DNA from: an uncultured Planctomycetota bacterium
GTDB taxonomy: Bacteria > Planctomycetota > Planctomycetia > Isosphaerales > Isosphaeraceae
Direction: 5' to 3'
Length of the DNA: 64,000 nt
Assembly (NCBI GenBank): GCA_963823665.1
Contig: CAWGMQ010000004.1
Coordinates: 2,208,001 to 2,272,000, forward strand
The notes under the pieces were generated by a model that saw nothing but the letters and a program-made list of their open reading frames with translations, made no database searches and was not told where the DNA came from. The position numbers were made by a program, and so were the translations under genes. Position 1 is the first letter of the stretch; every line of letters begins with the position of its first letter. Positions 1 to 8,673 of this stretch are shown here, in pieces.

Positions 1-1
1 T

Positions 2-343
2 GTCTCCATTGGCGGTCAGGTGGACCGTCGTGATGGCACTCGCCTCGGCGCGACAGTAACGCACGGCCCCGACGGTATCGGTGTCTCCGTCGAGGCCGGA
101 CGGACGGGAACGAACGTCACTAGCTTGGTCCAGCAGACCCCCGCTGGCCCGGTGGTGTCTGTTGGCGGCCAGGTCAATCGGCGCGACGGCACTCGTGTCG
201 GTGCGACGGTCACGCACAGCCCTGACGGCGTTGGTGCTTCCGCCGAGTTGGGCCTCCGCAATGGCACCAGGGTCCGTGCCGGAGTCGATCCAGGCCCGCA
301 GGGTCCGAAGGTCGATGCCGAGTTGGTGATCCCGTTCCCCTGA
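2..343 (+). CDS. 5'-truncated hypothetical protein with an internal ~51-aa duplicated beta-strand-rich unit
   Basis: Frame is open from the window edge. VSIGGQVDRRDGTRLGATVTHGPDGIG recurs as VSVGGQVNRRDGTRVGATVTHSPDGVG. A strong hairpin follows the stop. Confidence 0.6.
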   Translation, partial: VSIGGQVDRRDGTRLGATVTHGPDGIGVSVEAGRTGTNVTSLVQQTPAGPVVSVGGQVNRRDGTRVGATVTHSPDGVGASAELGLRNGTRVRAGVDPGPQGPKVDAELVIPFP

Positions 344-353
344 GCCTGAGGTT

Positions 354-386
354 GCGGGGCGAGAGGCCCGAGCCTCCTCGCCCCGC
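354..386 (+). terminator. GC-rich hairpin after the first ORF (terminator-like, no U tract)
   Basis: gcggggcgag-aggc-ccga-gcct-c-ctcgccccgc, 10 nt after the stop codon. Confidence 0.4.
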
Positions 387-481
387 GGTATCGTGCCGAC
401 GGACCGGCCTCCGTGACGTCCCCGTGTACCCTTTTCGTGTTCCCTGGATCGCTTGATTCCATTCCCCAGGAGGTTGACCCC

Positions 482-772
482 ATGAATACGACGCTAAAGC
501 GCTCCCTGCTGACGGGCCTTGCCCTGTTGACACTCTGCTCAGCTCCGGCCTTAGCCGGTGGCAGCGAGGCTCCGGGTAAGCAAAAGACTCACGTGCAGAA
601 GTCGACCGATGCCAAGAAGTCGAAGAAGAAGGCGAGTCAGTCGACCGTCGCCAAGCACCGCAAGCACCGCAAGCAACACAAGCAACACAAGCACATAACC
701 CGGAAGCAGCGGCCGATGCGCATCAAGGCCCCGTCTGCGCTGAAGACGGTCCCCATGAAATCTTCTGGCTGA
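482..772 (+). CDS. Small secreted Lys/His-rich basic protein
   Basis: AGGAGG precedes ATG 482. Sec-type signal MNTTLKRSLLTGLALLTLCSAPALA. KHRKHRKQHKQHKH is encoded by 9-bp tandem units. Confidence 0.65.
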   Translation: MNTTLKRSLLTGLALLTLCSAPALAGGSEAPGKQKTHVQKSTDAKKSKKKASQSTVAKHRKHRKQHKQHKHITRKQRPMRIKAPSALKTVPMKSSG

Positions 773-950
773 CGGGATCTGTCGCCGGTCCTCACCGCGA
801 CTCCCCCCGGCCCCCGGCTAACTGCTGCTCAGTGGCCCGGGGCCGTTGTCCATGAGCTCAGTCCTGTCCACGACCCAGGCCGACCCCGTCCGAGATATCA
901 CCCGTTGTTTGAGGACAGTTTGGTGCAAGGCTCATTCAAGGAGAGAATCA

Positions 951-1196
951 ATGAAGAGATTCAGTCGCTTGATGGCTACCTCCTCGCTGTTGCTCGGAGT
1001 GGCCCAGTATCCTCCCGTCCGCGCGGACGACCGAGCAGTGCGGGAGTGTGTCAAGGAAACCGCTCGTGCGGTCAATACGTGCGTGAACCATGGGCGCGGT
1101 AGCCGTTGTGAGAAGGCCGTGGACCGCGCCATCCAGAAGTGTGAGCGGCTTGTCGGTCATTCCCGGCCTGCTCCGCTCGGTCAACGCCCTCGGTGA
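951..1196 (+). CDS. Small secreted 4-Cys helical protein
   Basis: AAGGAGAG precedes ATG 951. Signal-like N-terminus ends in VRA. Four Cys in the ~55-aa mature region. Confidence 0.55.
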   Translation: MKRFSRLMATSSLLLGVAQYPPVRADDRAVRECVKETARAVNTCVNHGRGSRCEKAVDRAIQKCERLVGHSRPAPLGQRPR

Positions 1197-1307
1197 CCCA
1201 ATGCCACAGCGGCCTGCTCTGAAGCTGCAGGGACCCACCTATCCCCAGAGCAGGCCGCCGACCGCTCAAACTGGCTGCTACCTCAATACAACCCGGAGAC
1301 CCCGACC

Positions 1308-1604
1308 ATGCTACTCGACTTGGTGATTTGGACTTCGGCCTTGGCCCTGATGCCCCTCCTTCTGGGAGTCCTGGAGTGCTGGCTCCTTGGCGGGTTCGCT
1401 CCCGCTCCTGAGAAACACGCCGGAGGCTCTATCATCACAGTCCCGATCGGTTGTCGACTGAGGTTTTCGACGTCACCGCCCTCCGTGAACAGCCAATCGA
1501 TGGTGTCTCTGGCCGAGGGCTCCCCCTGCCTATGCCTCTACTGCTCCCTCGCCGGCCTGACCGAGGTCGTTTACGGAGGTTACACAGAAGCGTCAGCTAA
1601 CTGA
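1308..1604 (+). CDS. Hypothetical protein with hydrophobic N-terminus
   Basis: GGAG upstream and an N-terminal TM-like segment; the remainder is unconvincing. Confidence 0.25.
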   Translation: MLLDLVIWTSALALMPLLLGVLECWLLGGFAPAPEKHAGGSIITVPIGCRLRFSTSPPSVNSQSMVSLAEGSPCLCLYCSLAGLTEVVYGGYTEASAN

Positions 1605-1813
1605 TCAGCTACCTGTAGTAATTCGCCAACAGTATCCGTTGCTACTCAAACCGCCTTGGAAGATCCCGACTCAAATAACCTCGTTGTAAGCCGTACCTGG
1701 CAATGCGATGATTTGGAGGAGGCTCGACGAAACGTGAAACGACGAGGATTCGCCAGTCTGTCCAGTCATCGATGCCCGGTGTGAGCTTCGAGTGTCCACT
1801 GCGAGGCACCGAC

Positions 1814-2026
1814 ATGAGCAGGTGGCTTCAATATCTCCGCCCAATCATGCTGAACTCGATGATCGGGATGCTCTGGCTCGCGTGCTTCTCCTGCGCGCTC
1901 ATGCCATTCTTTTTCGCGATCGTCTGGCCGATAGTGATGCTGTTCGGGGTGCTGATGCTCACCCTCACTTTACGGGAAGCCGCCGGGTCGCCCTGGGGGA
2001 TCGCTCCCTGTCAGGGTCGGCCGTGA
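1814..2026 (+). CDS. Small two-TM membrane protein, possibly 3'-truncated
   Basis: GAGG precedes ATG 1814. Two hydrophobic stretches. Its end runs into the transposase remnant. Confidence 0.4.
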   Translation: MSRWLQYLRPIMLNSMIGMLWLACFSCALMPFFFAIVWPIVMLFGVLMLTLTLREAAGSPWGIAPCQGRP

Positions 2027-2399
2027 CCATCGCCAGGTCAACGTCGTCGGGCTCTGCTGGCTCGCCGGTAACATCGTCACGTTGCAGAAAGAGCTTGCGC
2101 CAGCGCAGTGCAACTTCGGCGTCAGACCACTGTTCGACACTGTCCGGTCGATTGCGGAGCACGAGATGCAGGTGATTGCTCATAATCGCATAACCGCACA
2201 CTGGTGCGCCGAACAACCCGGCGAGAGCGCGCAGTCGATCGAGAATCCAGGCTTTACGGTGAGAGTAATCACGACCGGAGTAGGAGTCGGTGCCGCACAG
2301 GAAAGCTCTTCGGACGCAGCGAGCGATGCAGTGATAAACGCCCACGCACTCCTCGTCGACGATGTGGCGGCGGGCACAGGCAGGCACGTAAGGCTCCAT
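1965..2399 (-). pseudogene. Truncated REP-associated (RAYT / IS200-like Y1 HUH) transposase
   Basis: YHCIARCVRRAFLCG and YAIMSNHLHLVL (HUH) motifs are present. Similarity ends near 2015, and the C-terminal half with the catalytic Tyr is missing. Confidence 0.8.
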
Positions 2400-2754
2400 C
2401 ACCAGGCAGGTGCAGCACGTTAGCGAGACTCTCTGTGTCAGGTTCGGCACGCTCTCCGCGCGTGACACACCCAGGATCTCGATCAACACCACGTGGAGGT
2501 GGGGACGCCGGCACTTCAGTTCTACGCGGCAAGCGTACCCGAGCTCTCGTCGCTCGTGCTCTCACTGTTTCGGATGTGGCGGAACTTTGGCGCTCGCGAT
2601 GTTCCGACGAATTCGTCGACGTACGGTAAGTCGATAAGACTTCCATCGCCCGGAAGTGCTTCGGTCCGACGACACCGAAGCACCAGGCCCAAACGGCAGG
2701 CAGGCCACACCTGACTGGATCGCCTTGCAATCGGTGACAGCCGGAGGGGCCGCC

Positions 2755-4371
2755 TCAGTGCATCGCGAGCCCGCCCCGGGCCACGGCCTTCTTCATCAGC
2801 AAGATTAACGGGAGGGCCGCCAGGGCCATGATCGCGAACATCCAGAAGGGGTCGAGATAGGCCATCTCCCGGGCCTGGCTGTGGACCATCTGCGCGAGCA
2901 GGCCCATGCCCTGCTGCTGAGCAACGACCCGGGTGACTCCGCCGCGGATCATGCGGGTCTGGGCGAAGTAATCGATCCAGCCGCCCACCGTCGGGTTCAG
3001 CGGCGTGACATGCTCGGCCAGCCGGAGCTGGTGGAACTGTCCCCGGCGGTCGACCAGCACGTCAACGATGGCGACGCCCAGGCTGCCGCCCTCGTTGCGC
3101 AGCATGTTAAACAGCCCGGTTGCCTTGTTGATCTGACCCGCCGGCAGGTGCAAATACGCCGCGTTGTTCAGCGGGACGAAGAGCAAGCCCACGCCCGTCA
3201 TCTGCACGCATCGGGGCGCGATGAGCGCATAGGGCGAAGCGTAGAGGTCCAGATGTGCCTGCCAGTACGAGCCGCCGGCGAGGCACAGAAGGCCCAGCGG
3301 GATCATGTACCTGGCGTCGACCTTCTTACCCAGCAAGAACCCCGCGAGCGCCATCATCCCCATGGTAAAGAACACCGGCGGCGAGAGCACCAGCCCGGCG
3401 TGGAACGCGTCGTAGCCGAAAAGCTCCTGGAGCATCTGCGGCGTGGCGATGTTCGCCCCGTAGAGCACGGCGAACGCGACGAAGATCACGAGACCGCAGG
3501 CGAGGAAGTTGCGCTCGCCCAGCAGCCGGAGGTTGATCATCGGGTCGGGGTGGCGAAGCTCCCAGATGATGAACGCGCCCAGCCCGATCACCATCGTCAA
3601 AAAGAAGGTCTGAACCCGCCAGAACGGGTCGCCGAACCAGTCCCATTCCTGCCCCTTGGCGTAAAGGACCTCCAGTGACCCGAGCCCGAGCGAGATCAGG
3701 GCCAGCCCGACGTAGTCGATCTTCAGTCCGCGCCGCCAGTTCGCTCTGACCTCCTCGGCCATGCCCGGCGGATCCCGCACAATGACGCTGGTGAGCAGCA
3801 GGGATACGATGCCGATGGGGACGTTGATGTAGAAGATCCACCGCCAGGAATAGTTGTCACTGATGTAGCCGCCGAGCACCGGCCCGAGGATCGGTGCCAC
3901 GACGATCGCCACGCCGTAGAGGGCCATGGCCATGCCCAGTTGGCGGCGCGGGAACGTATCGATCAGGATGCCCTGCTCGGACGGCTGCAACCCGCCTCCG
4001 CCAAGCCCCTGGAGCACGCGGAAGAAGATCAAGAGCTCGATATTCGGCGCCGCGCCGCAGAGGGCCGAGCTGACGGTGAAAAGAACCACGCAGGTCATGT
4101 AGAACCGCTTTCGGCCGAAGAGACCCATCAGCCAGCCCGACAGCGGGAGGACGATCGCGTTGGCGACCAGATAGCTGGTGAGCACCCAGGTCGCCTGGCT
4201 GCGGCCGACCGCCAGGCCGCCGGAGATATACGGCAGCGCGACGTTGGCGATCGAGGTGTCGAGCACTTCCATGAAGGTCGCAAGTGTGACTGTCAAAGCG
4301 ACGATCCAGTGGTTGACCGGGGCCTGGACCCGCGGACCGTCTCCATGGCCATTTCCGGATATTGCGTCCAT
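2755..4371 (-). CDS. DHA2 (EmrB/QacA) family MFS efflux permease
   Basis: ATFMEVLDTSIANVALP, WVLTSYLVANAIVLP and WRWIFYINVPIG motifs. Start placed at MDAISG (4371). Confidence 0.95.
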   Translation of the reverse strand: MDAISGNGHGDGPRVQAPVNHWIVALTVTLATFMEVLDTSIANVALPYISGGLAVGRSQATWVLTSYLVANAIVLPLSGWLMGLFGRKRFYMTCVVLFTVSSALCGAAPNIELLIFFRVLQGLGGGGLQPSEQGILIDTFPRRQLGMAMALYGVAIVVAPILGPVLGGYISDNYSWRWIFYINVPIGIVSLLLTSVIVRDPPGMAEEVRANWRRGLKIDYVGLALISLGLGSLEVLYAKGQEWDWFGDPFWRVQTFFLTMVIGLGAFIIWELRHPDPMINLRLLGERNFLACGLVIFVAFAVLYGANIATPQMLQELFGYDAFHAGLVLSPPVFFTMGMMALAGFLLGKKVDARYMIPLGLLCLAGGSYWQAHLDLYASPYALIAPRCVQMTGVGLLFVPLNNAAYLHLPAGQINKATGLFNMLRNEGGSLGVAIVDVLVDRRGQFHQLRLAEHVTPLNPTVGGWIDYFAQTRMIRGGVTRVVAQQQGMGLLAQMVHSQAREMAYLDPFWMFAIMALAALPLILLMKKAVARGGLAMH

Positions 4372-4375
4372 GGCT

Positions 4376-5962
4376 TCACGACCTCCTCTGGCGGTCAGGG
4401 TTGGTTGGCTGCGAGCCCGCCGGGCCAGCACCCTTGTCGGGTGGCCTGAGCCGCCCGAAGGTGTGCAGTCGCTCGCCCGCACCGGGCCCCGTCGGCCGCT
4501 CCGTGATCCGCACGTGCGGCACGACCGAGAGGCCAACGAACAGCGGGGTGTCGTCCGGATTGGGCTCGGCCAGCTCGATCCGCACCGGCAGGCGCTGTGT
4601 AACCTTGACGTAATTGCCGGTGGCGTTCTCGGGCGGCAGCAGCGATTCCGACAGGCCCGTCCCAGGGCTGAAGCCGGCCACGCGCCCCGTAAAGACGCGG
4701 CCCGGGTAGGCGTCGACGTAGAGGTCAACCGGCATCCCTATCCGGATGTAGTGGAGTTGTGTCTCTTTATAATTAGCGTCGATCCAAACGTAGTTTGGGC
4801 GGATCGAGAGCAGCGTCTGACCAGGCTGGACTCGGTTGCCCGGGTGAACCTGCCGGTCCTGGACATAGCCGGCAACCTCGGAGCGAACTTCGGTCCAACT
4901 GAGCCGGAGCCGGGCTAGAGCGAGCTGCTCAAGGGCGCCGGCGACGGCGGCCCGCGCCACTCGAACGGCCGGGGCCCGCTCGACCACCGCCTCCAGCCCC
5001 TCGCCGGCCGACTTGTCCCCGTTGGGGCGGAGGAAATCCGCGAAGGCCTTCGCCTGCTCGGCGTCCTTCGGGTCGAACGGGATACCCACCTGGGCCAGGG
5101 ACGACGCAATGTCGGAAACGGCGGTCTGGACCGTCGACTGCTGGACCTCGAGGTCCGCGGGCAGCTTCAACGGGTCCTTGTAGTCCGGGGCCAGTCCGAG
5201 CGTGGCGCGAGTCTGCTCGATCGCTGCCCACGCCTCCTTCTCCTGCTCGACGGCGACTTTCAGGGTGTTGTTCCTCTGGTCGACATCTTCCTTGCTGATG
5301 CCTCCGCCCGGCAGGAGCTCCTCGCCCCGGCGGAAATTGTTCCGCGCCAGCTCCAGACTTGCCTGCCTGCTCTTGAGCGTGGCGAACTGGGCGTTCAGAA
5401 TGGCGACCTGGCGCCGCAGGGCCTCCTGGGCATTCTTCCTCTGGTAATAAGACCCACGCGCCCGGGCGATCTGCGAACCGACCTGCGCCTGCGCCTGCAC
5501 GACGTTGGCTCTGGCCTCCTCGAGCGACGCCTCAGCCTGCGCGACGGCCACCGCAAACGGCTCGCGGTCGAGCTTCACCAGCAAGTCCCCGGGCTCGATC
5601 CGATCATTCTGGTCGACCAGCACCTCGGTGACAACGTCCTCGATGCGGGGGCTCACATACGTGATGTGGCCGGCAACGAACGCATCGTCGGTCTCCACCG
5701 TCTCGAGCACCTCCCGCATGAAAGGTATGCCCTTGGAGAACGCCACCCAGAGGACCGCGGCCGCGACTGAGCCGATGGCGAACCGGCGCCCCCAGCGAGG
5801 CCGTGGCTTCTCTGGCTGCCGAGGTCGAGTGTCACCTTCGTCGAGATCTCGGGTGCCGCCCAGGTCGGCCACGATATGGGAGTCGAGGGCGTATACAACG
5901 TCCGCACGGGCGTTAACGCTCGGGGCCAATGGGTCGCGCGTCGTGAATTCAGTCGATTGCAT
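4376..5962 (-). CDS. HlyD/EmrA-family membrane fusion protein
   Basis: TDDAFV, ANYKETQL and LPPENATGNYVKVTQRLPVRI motifs. GGAGG RBS precedes MQST. Confidence 0.93.
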   Translation of the reverse strand: MQSTEFTTRDPLAPSVNARADVVYALDSHIVADLGGTRDLDEGDTRPRQPEKPRPRWGRRFAIGSVAAAVLWVAFSKGIPFMREVLETVETDDAFVAGHITYVSPRIEDVVTEVLVDQNDRIEPGDLLVKLDREPFAVAVAQAEASLEEARANVVQAQAQVGSQIARARGSYYQRKNAQEALRRQVAILNAQFATLKSRQASLELARNNFRRGEELLPGGGISKEDVDQRNNTLKVAVEQEKEAWAAIEQTRATLGLAPDYKDPLKLPADLEVQQSTVQTAVSDIASSLAQVGIPFDPKDAEQAKAFADFLRPNGDKSAGEGLEAVVERAPAVRVARAAVAGALEQLALARLRLSWTEVRSEVAGYVQDRQVHPGNRVQPGQTLLSIRPNYVWIDANYKETQLHYIRIGMPVDLYVDAYPGRVFTGRVAGFSPGTGLSESLLPPENATGNYVKVTQRLPVRIELAEPNPDDTPLFVGLSVVPHVRITERPTGPGAGERLHTFGRLRPPDKGAGPAGSQPTNPDRQRRS

Positions 5963-6025
5963 GGTGTCCTCCATCGCCTCGGTCGACCCCACGGCCGCCG
6001 GGTGAGATTTCGATGTCGCAGCCGA

Positions 6026-6112
6026 TCAGCCGCGGGCTATATCGAGGAGCCGCCCGAACAGCATTGCGATAAGGCAAACAAGTAACTCTAGAATGAGCAT
6101 ATTGGCGAGCAT
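6026..6112 (-). CDS. 28-aa single-TM small protein (MLANMLILELLVCLIAMLFGRLLDIARG), below the ORF-track cutoff
   Basis: GGGAGG lies 8 nt before the ATG. The ORF is a hydrophobic helix followed by basic residues, and sits between the STAS and HlyD genes on the same strand. Confidence 0.55.
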   Translation of the reverse strand: MLANMLILELLVCLIAMLFGRLLDIARG

Positions 6113-6126
6113 CGCTAGTACCTCCC

Positions 6127-6426
6127 TCAAAGGTGCCGATCGATCCGGAGAGCTGGCGCGCCGACGATATCCGCCACGATGGCCTTCATCAGGCAGTCCG
6201 CCGCCACGAGCTCGGCGCCTCGGGCGTGCATGGCCGCCAGCAATTTCTCACCGGCGCCGTCAAGGGACACAAGCGCCGCCAGATCCACGCGGTCGACAGG
6301 CCTGCCCTCTTCGGCCACGATCCGCTGCCAATAGGCCGCCAGTTCGCCGACCCAAGGCCCAGCCAGCTTCCCTTCGAGCTGGAGTGTCAAGCTCGTCGTG
6401 TCGGTGTGCATGGTAATCCGGAGCAT
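6127..6426 (-). CDS. Stand-alone STAS-like domain protein
   Basis: MLRIT...LQLEGKLAGPWVGEL...VDLAALVSLDGAGEKLL pattern. Confidence 0.8.
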   Translation of the reverse strand: MLRITMHTDTTSLTLQLEGKLAGPWVGELAAYWQRIVAEEGRPVDRVDLAALVSLDGAGEKLLAAMHARGAELVAADCLMKAIVADIVGAPALRIDRHL

Positions 6427-6456
6427 CGCTCTTTCCCCCCTTCGAACAGGTGCTAA

Positions 6457-6473
6457 AGCACGGCCTGTTCCAA
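6457..6473 (-). promoter_or_regulatory. Sigma54 (-24/-12) promoter of the STAS-efflux operon
   Basis: Minus strand TTGGAAC-AGGCC-GTGCT has exact GG-N10-GC spacing. It lies 30 bp before the STAS start, directly downstream of a bEBP gene. Confidence 0.7.
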
Positions 6474-6581
6474 AGGCGAAAGTTTCCCGCTGTCGGGCCA
6501 CAAGAGGAGCCATCCCAGGAACTTGCGATTTGGGCCGGGCGGGCTGTGTTCCGGGAGCAGTGGCGAAGTGCCAGAGGACGG

Positions 6582-6618
6582 GTGCCAACGGACGGGCACA
6601 GTGCCAAGGTGCTGGCAC
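6582..6618. promoter_or_regulatory. Tandem palindromic enhancer sites GTGCCA-N6-TGGCAC
   Basis: 6601-6618 GTGCCAaggtgcTGGCAC is perfect. 6582-6599 GTGCCAacggacGGGCAC has one mismatch. An extra half-site lies at 6568. Confidence 0.65.
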
Positions 6619-6620
6619 TA

Positions 6621-8165
6621 TTACGGTCGGGAGAGGCCGAGCTTCTTCATCTTCCACTGCAACGTGGAGCGCTTCATCCCCAACCGGGCTGCGGCCCCCT
6701 TGGGACCGCCCAGTACCCAGTCCGTCTCGCGTAAGGCCCCAAGAATGTGCTCCCGCTCGGCCGCGGCCAGTGTCGCTCCCGCGGTGGTCGGCGCCGGGGC
6801 CAGCGGCTCCGCCGGAGGTAAGTCACCGAGCGGGATCTGGAGAGTTGGGCCTGGCGAGAGGATCACCGCGCGCTCGATAACGTTTTGCAGCTCCCGCACG
6901 TTGCCCGGCCAGCGGTAGCGTGCCAGGGTTTCCATCACTGCGGTCGGGATGGTCTCGATCCGCCGGCCCATCCGCCGCGCGAACCGCTGCGTGAAATGCC
7001 GCACCAGCCGCGGGATGTCTTCCGGGCGCTCTCGCAGCGGCGGCAGCACGAGCGGGAAGACGTTCAGTCGGTAGTAGAGATCTTCGCGGTAGCGGCCGTC
7101 GGCGACCATTCGCGCGAGGTCGCGGTTCGTGGCCGCCACGAGGCGAACGTCTACCCGAATCGTCCGCGTACTGCCCAGCCGCTCGAATTCCTGCTCCTGC
7201 AAAACGCGGAGCAGCTTGGGCTGCAGTTCCGGTGGGATGTCGCCGACTTCGTCGAGGAACAATGTCCCCTGGTGCGCCAGCTCAAAGCGGCCCATCTTTT
7301 GGCTGATGGCGCCGGTGAACGCGCCCTTCTCGTGGCCGAACAACTCGCTCTCCAAGAGGCCGGTGGGGATCGCGGCGCAGTTAAGCTTGACAAACGTACG
7401 CTCGCGGCGCGGGCTGAGGTCGTGAAGGGCTCGGGCGATGAGCTCTTTACCCGTGCCGGTCTCGCCGCCGATCAGGACGGTAGACCCGGTGCAGGCGACC
7501 GTCTCAACTTGCTTGAGCACTCGGCGCAGCGTGAGGCTCTCCCCGATGATCTCCCCGAAGTTGTGCTCGGTGCGGGCTTCCTCTTCGAGGTAGGCCTTCT
7601 CCTGCGAGAGTTGGTCCTTGAGAGCTTCGATCTCCTGGAATGCCAGGGCGTTCTCAACCGCGAGAGCTACCTGATTAGCGACGTGCTGGAGGAAGCCGAC
7701 ATCGGCCGCGTCGTACGCGGTGAGCTGCTTTGAGACCAGAACCAGCGTACCCAGCCGCCGCCGCGATGTGGTTAGCGGAAGCTCGCAGACGCTCCGGCCT
7801 CCGGAGGGCCGCACTTGTTCCAGGAACCGCGGCCAGCGCGTCTCCTCGGCCACGTCTGCGAGGATCAGTGGTTGCTGGGTTTGCCACACCAGCCCCTCCG
7901 GCAATTCTTCGACCGGAAACTCCACCCAGGGGCGTGTGGTGGCTTCGTGTCCCTCCAGGATGTGCAGCCGCATGGTCTGGCTTGCCGCCTCGTGTATGAC
8001 GAGGCCGAGGTAGTCGAATCGCACCACCTCGTGAAGCCGGCCGGCCAGTTCGTGGAACAGCGCGGAGAGATCGCGGTGGGAGATGATCGCTTCCGAAACG
8101 GCCAGCAAGGCCCGGTACGGCCCGCCAGAGGCCGTGGCCGGGCCGTCTACGTGAGCGGCTGTCAT
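6621..8165 (-). CDS. FhlA-like sigma54-dependent activator (GAF-AAA+-HTH)
   Basis: GETGTGKE, ESELFGHEKGAFTGA and LFLDEVG motifs, a C-terminal AAARLGMKRSTL HTH and an N-terminal GAF-like region. Confidence 0.95.
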   Translation of the reverse strand: MTAAHVDGPATASGGPYRALLAVSEAIISHRDLSALFHELAGRLHEVVRFDYLGLVIHEAASQTMRLHILEGHEATTRPWVEFPVEELPEGLVWQTQQPLILADVAEETRWPRFLEQVRPSGGRSVCELPLTTSRRRLGTLVLVSKQLTAYDAADVGFLQHVANQVALAVENALAFQEIEALKDQLSQEKAYLEEEARTEHNFGEIIGESLTLRRVLKQVETVACTGSTVLIGGETGTGKELIARALHDLSPRRERTFVKLNCAAIPTGLLESELFGHEKGAFTGAISQKMGRFELAHQGTLFLDEVGDIPPELQPKLLRVLQEQEFERLGSTRTIRVDVRLVAATNRDLARMVADGRYREDLYYRLNVFPLVLPPLRERPEDIPRLVRHFTQRFARRMGRRIETIPTAVMETLARYRWPGNVRELQNVIERAVILSPGPTLQIPLGDLPPAEPLAPAPTTAGATLAAAEREHILGALRETDWVLGGPKGAAARLGMKRSTLQWKMKKLGLSRP

Positions 8166-8280
8166 GGCGAAGACCTTGGTCCGTCACTCATCCGGGACCA
8201 GCAACTGGTCCCCCGCGCTGGGTTCTTAGAAACTTGCAGCAAAAGGAGCGGAGATTTCCCGCCGCGAATGTAGCGCCAAC

Positions 8281-8315
8281 TTTCCCCCCCTTTAGAAGGG
8301 GGGGCCAGGGGGGGG
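8281..8315. repeat. C-tract/G-tract palindromic dispersed repeat, copy 1
   Basis: tttccccccctttagaagggggggccagggggggg; similar to 26290-26322. Confidence 0.6.
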
Positions 8316-8358
8316 CCGTCCCGGCGGCCGCCATCACAAGACCACCGCGCAACAGAAG

Positions 8359-8520
8359 CGCCGAATCTCTCACCGCGAAGTTCGTCAGTAAGGCCCACTT
8401 TTCAACAGCCCAGGGCCAGGGGGGCGCATTCTGGCAGCCGTCACTAGAATACCGTCGCGCATCAGAAAACGCCGAATCGTCGACCTCGAAATTCGCCCAA
8501 TCGGCTCACTTTTCATCAGC
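8359..8520. repeat. Degenerate ~51-bp direct repeat, two copies 111 bp apart
   Basis: cgccgaatc...ttcg...ggc.cacttttca.cagc at 8359 and 8470; 37/51 identical by manual alignment. Confidence 0.5.
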
Positions 8521-8673
8521 ACACTTCCGCGCCCCCCGGATGCTCGAAGTCGCCCGCATGCAGGGAATCTTACCATTTTTCAGATAAGCGAGCGCTCCGT
8601 AGTATCGGTCACAACATTTGGTACGCGCCGTCATCGCATACGTAAAACAAGTTCTCCACCAGCCATTCGCCTT

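Noticed and set aside
809..850. Possible integron attC site (ggctaac...gttgtcc) among the small genes
   Set aside because: The right end does not fit GTTRRRY, the site is not repeated, and no integrase is present; it is more likely a plain hairpin
4372..4728. N-terminal extension of the MFS ORF in the track
   Set aside because: It overlaps the HlyD gene and is not MFS-like; the start at 4371 has an RBS-like site
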